Origin: an uncultured Chloroflexia bacterium
Lineage (GTDB): Bacteria > Chloroflexota > Limnocylindria > Limnocylindrales > CSP1-4
Length of the DNA: 64,000 nt
NCBI GenBank assembly: GCA_963707215.1
Contig: CAVPPB010000001.1
Span: forward strand, 480,001 to 544,000
Reading direction: 5' to 3'
Part shown: piece by piece, positions 63,532 through 64,000 of the stretch
How the letters are laid out: each line of letters begins with the position of its first letter
Numbering within the stretch: position 1 is the first letter of the stretch
Translations under genes and position numbers: made by a program
The notes under the pieces: model-generated
Databases searched by the model: none
Seen by the model: only the letters and a program-made list of their open reading frames with translations
What the model was told of the DNA's origin: nothing

Positions 63532-64000
63532 CGACGGCCACCCGCGGCGGCGTCGATCCGGTCACCGTCGAGCGGCTGCGCCGGACGAGACTCGCCGTCA
63601 GCCGGCGGATCCTCGGTCGACGCGAAGGTGATCATGCCTCGGTCCTGCTGGGCCGCGGGGTCGAGCCCGGGGACGCCCGGCCGTACGTGCCGGGCGACGA
63701 CGTCCGGCGGATGGACTGGACCGTCCTGGCCAGGACCGGCGAGCCGCACGTCCGCGACGCCACGGCGGAGCGGGACCTCGACGTCGTCATCCTCCTCGAC
63801 CGATCGGCGAGCCTCGATTTCGGAACGGCTCACTGGCGCAAGGCCGACCTGGCCGTCGCGGTCGTCGCCGCGCTCGCCGAGCTCGCCGTCGGGGCCCGCG
63901 ACCGGGTCGGTGCCTTCATCGACGGCCACGACGGGCCCACGATCGTCCCGGTCCGGGCGGCCGCGCGCACGCCGCGGCCCTCGTCGGTCGGGCGGCCGGT
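63528..64000 (+). CDS. DUF58 domain protein (runs off window)
   Basis: ATGA-coupled to moxR; G.H.S...GRG, RPYVPGDDVRRMDW, LLDRSASLDFG, DRVG. Confidence 0.85.
   Translation, partial: MTTATRGGVDPVTVERLRRTRLAVSRRILGRREGDHASVLLGRGVEPGDARPYVPGDDVRRMDWTVLARTGEPHVRDATAERDLDVVILLDRSASLDFGTAHWRKADLAVAVVAALAELAVGARDRVGAFIDGHDGPTIVPVRAAARTPRPSSVGRP

Overview
A very GC-rich, gene-dense bacterial chromosomal window with about 57 coding regions. I saw no rRNA, tRNA, CRISPR array, prophage or transposase. Gene content and small-protein style suggest a monoderm such as Chloroflexota or Actinomycetota (inference only). Main blocks: (1) DUF2252 + MFS; (2) a reductive pyrimidine-catabolism-like cluster at 3.7-15.6 kb (NCS1, THI5-like ABC components without a permease, class III aminotransferase, ureidopropionase-like C-N hydrolase, F420-type LLM oxidoreductase, dihydropyrimidinase) that also carries a non-pyrrolysine MttB methyltransferase and a homocysteine S-methyltransferase; (3) orphan AmmeMemoRadiSam radical SAM gene divergent from an LsrG-like ABM/Fe-ADH pair; (4) secreted S8 and S1 proteases flanking a degenerate Lgt paralog; (5) mdh, flavin amine oxidase, pckA; (6) cystathionine gamma-lyase/synthase, GH31, GNAT, cystathionine beta-synthase, two acyltransferases, canonical lgt; (7) ferritin-like/VIT1 fusion, cupin, ECF sigma/anti-sigma, OCD family, sufB-sufD-Rieske with an IscR-like operator; (8) MarR-RND, YcaQ, OsmC, PTE, flavoprotein, aminotransferase; (9) two-component system, secreted unknown protein, and a PDZ-less HtrA-like protease coupled to MoxR-DUF58. 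About a dozen genes are split by 1-nt frameshifts, densest at 30.3-37.5 kb, most likely long-read indel errors. Many genes appear leaderless. All family calls are from motif recognition by eye, not database searches.
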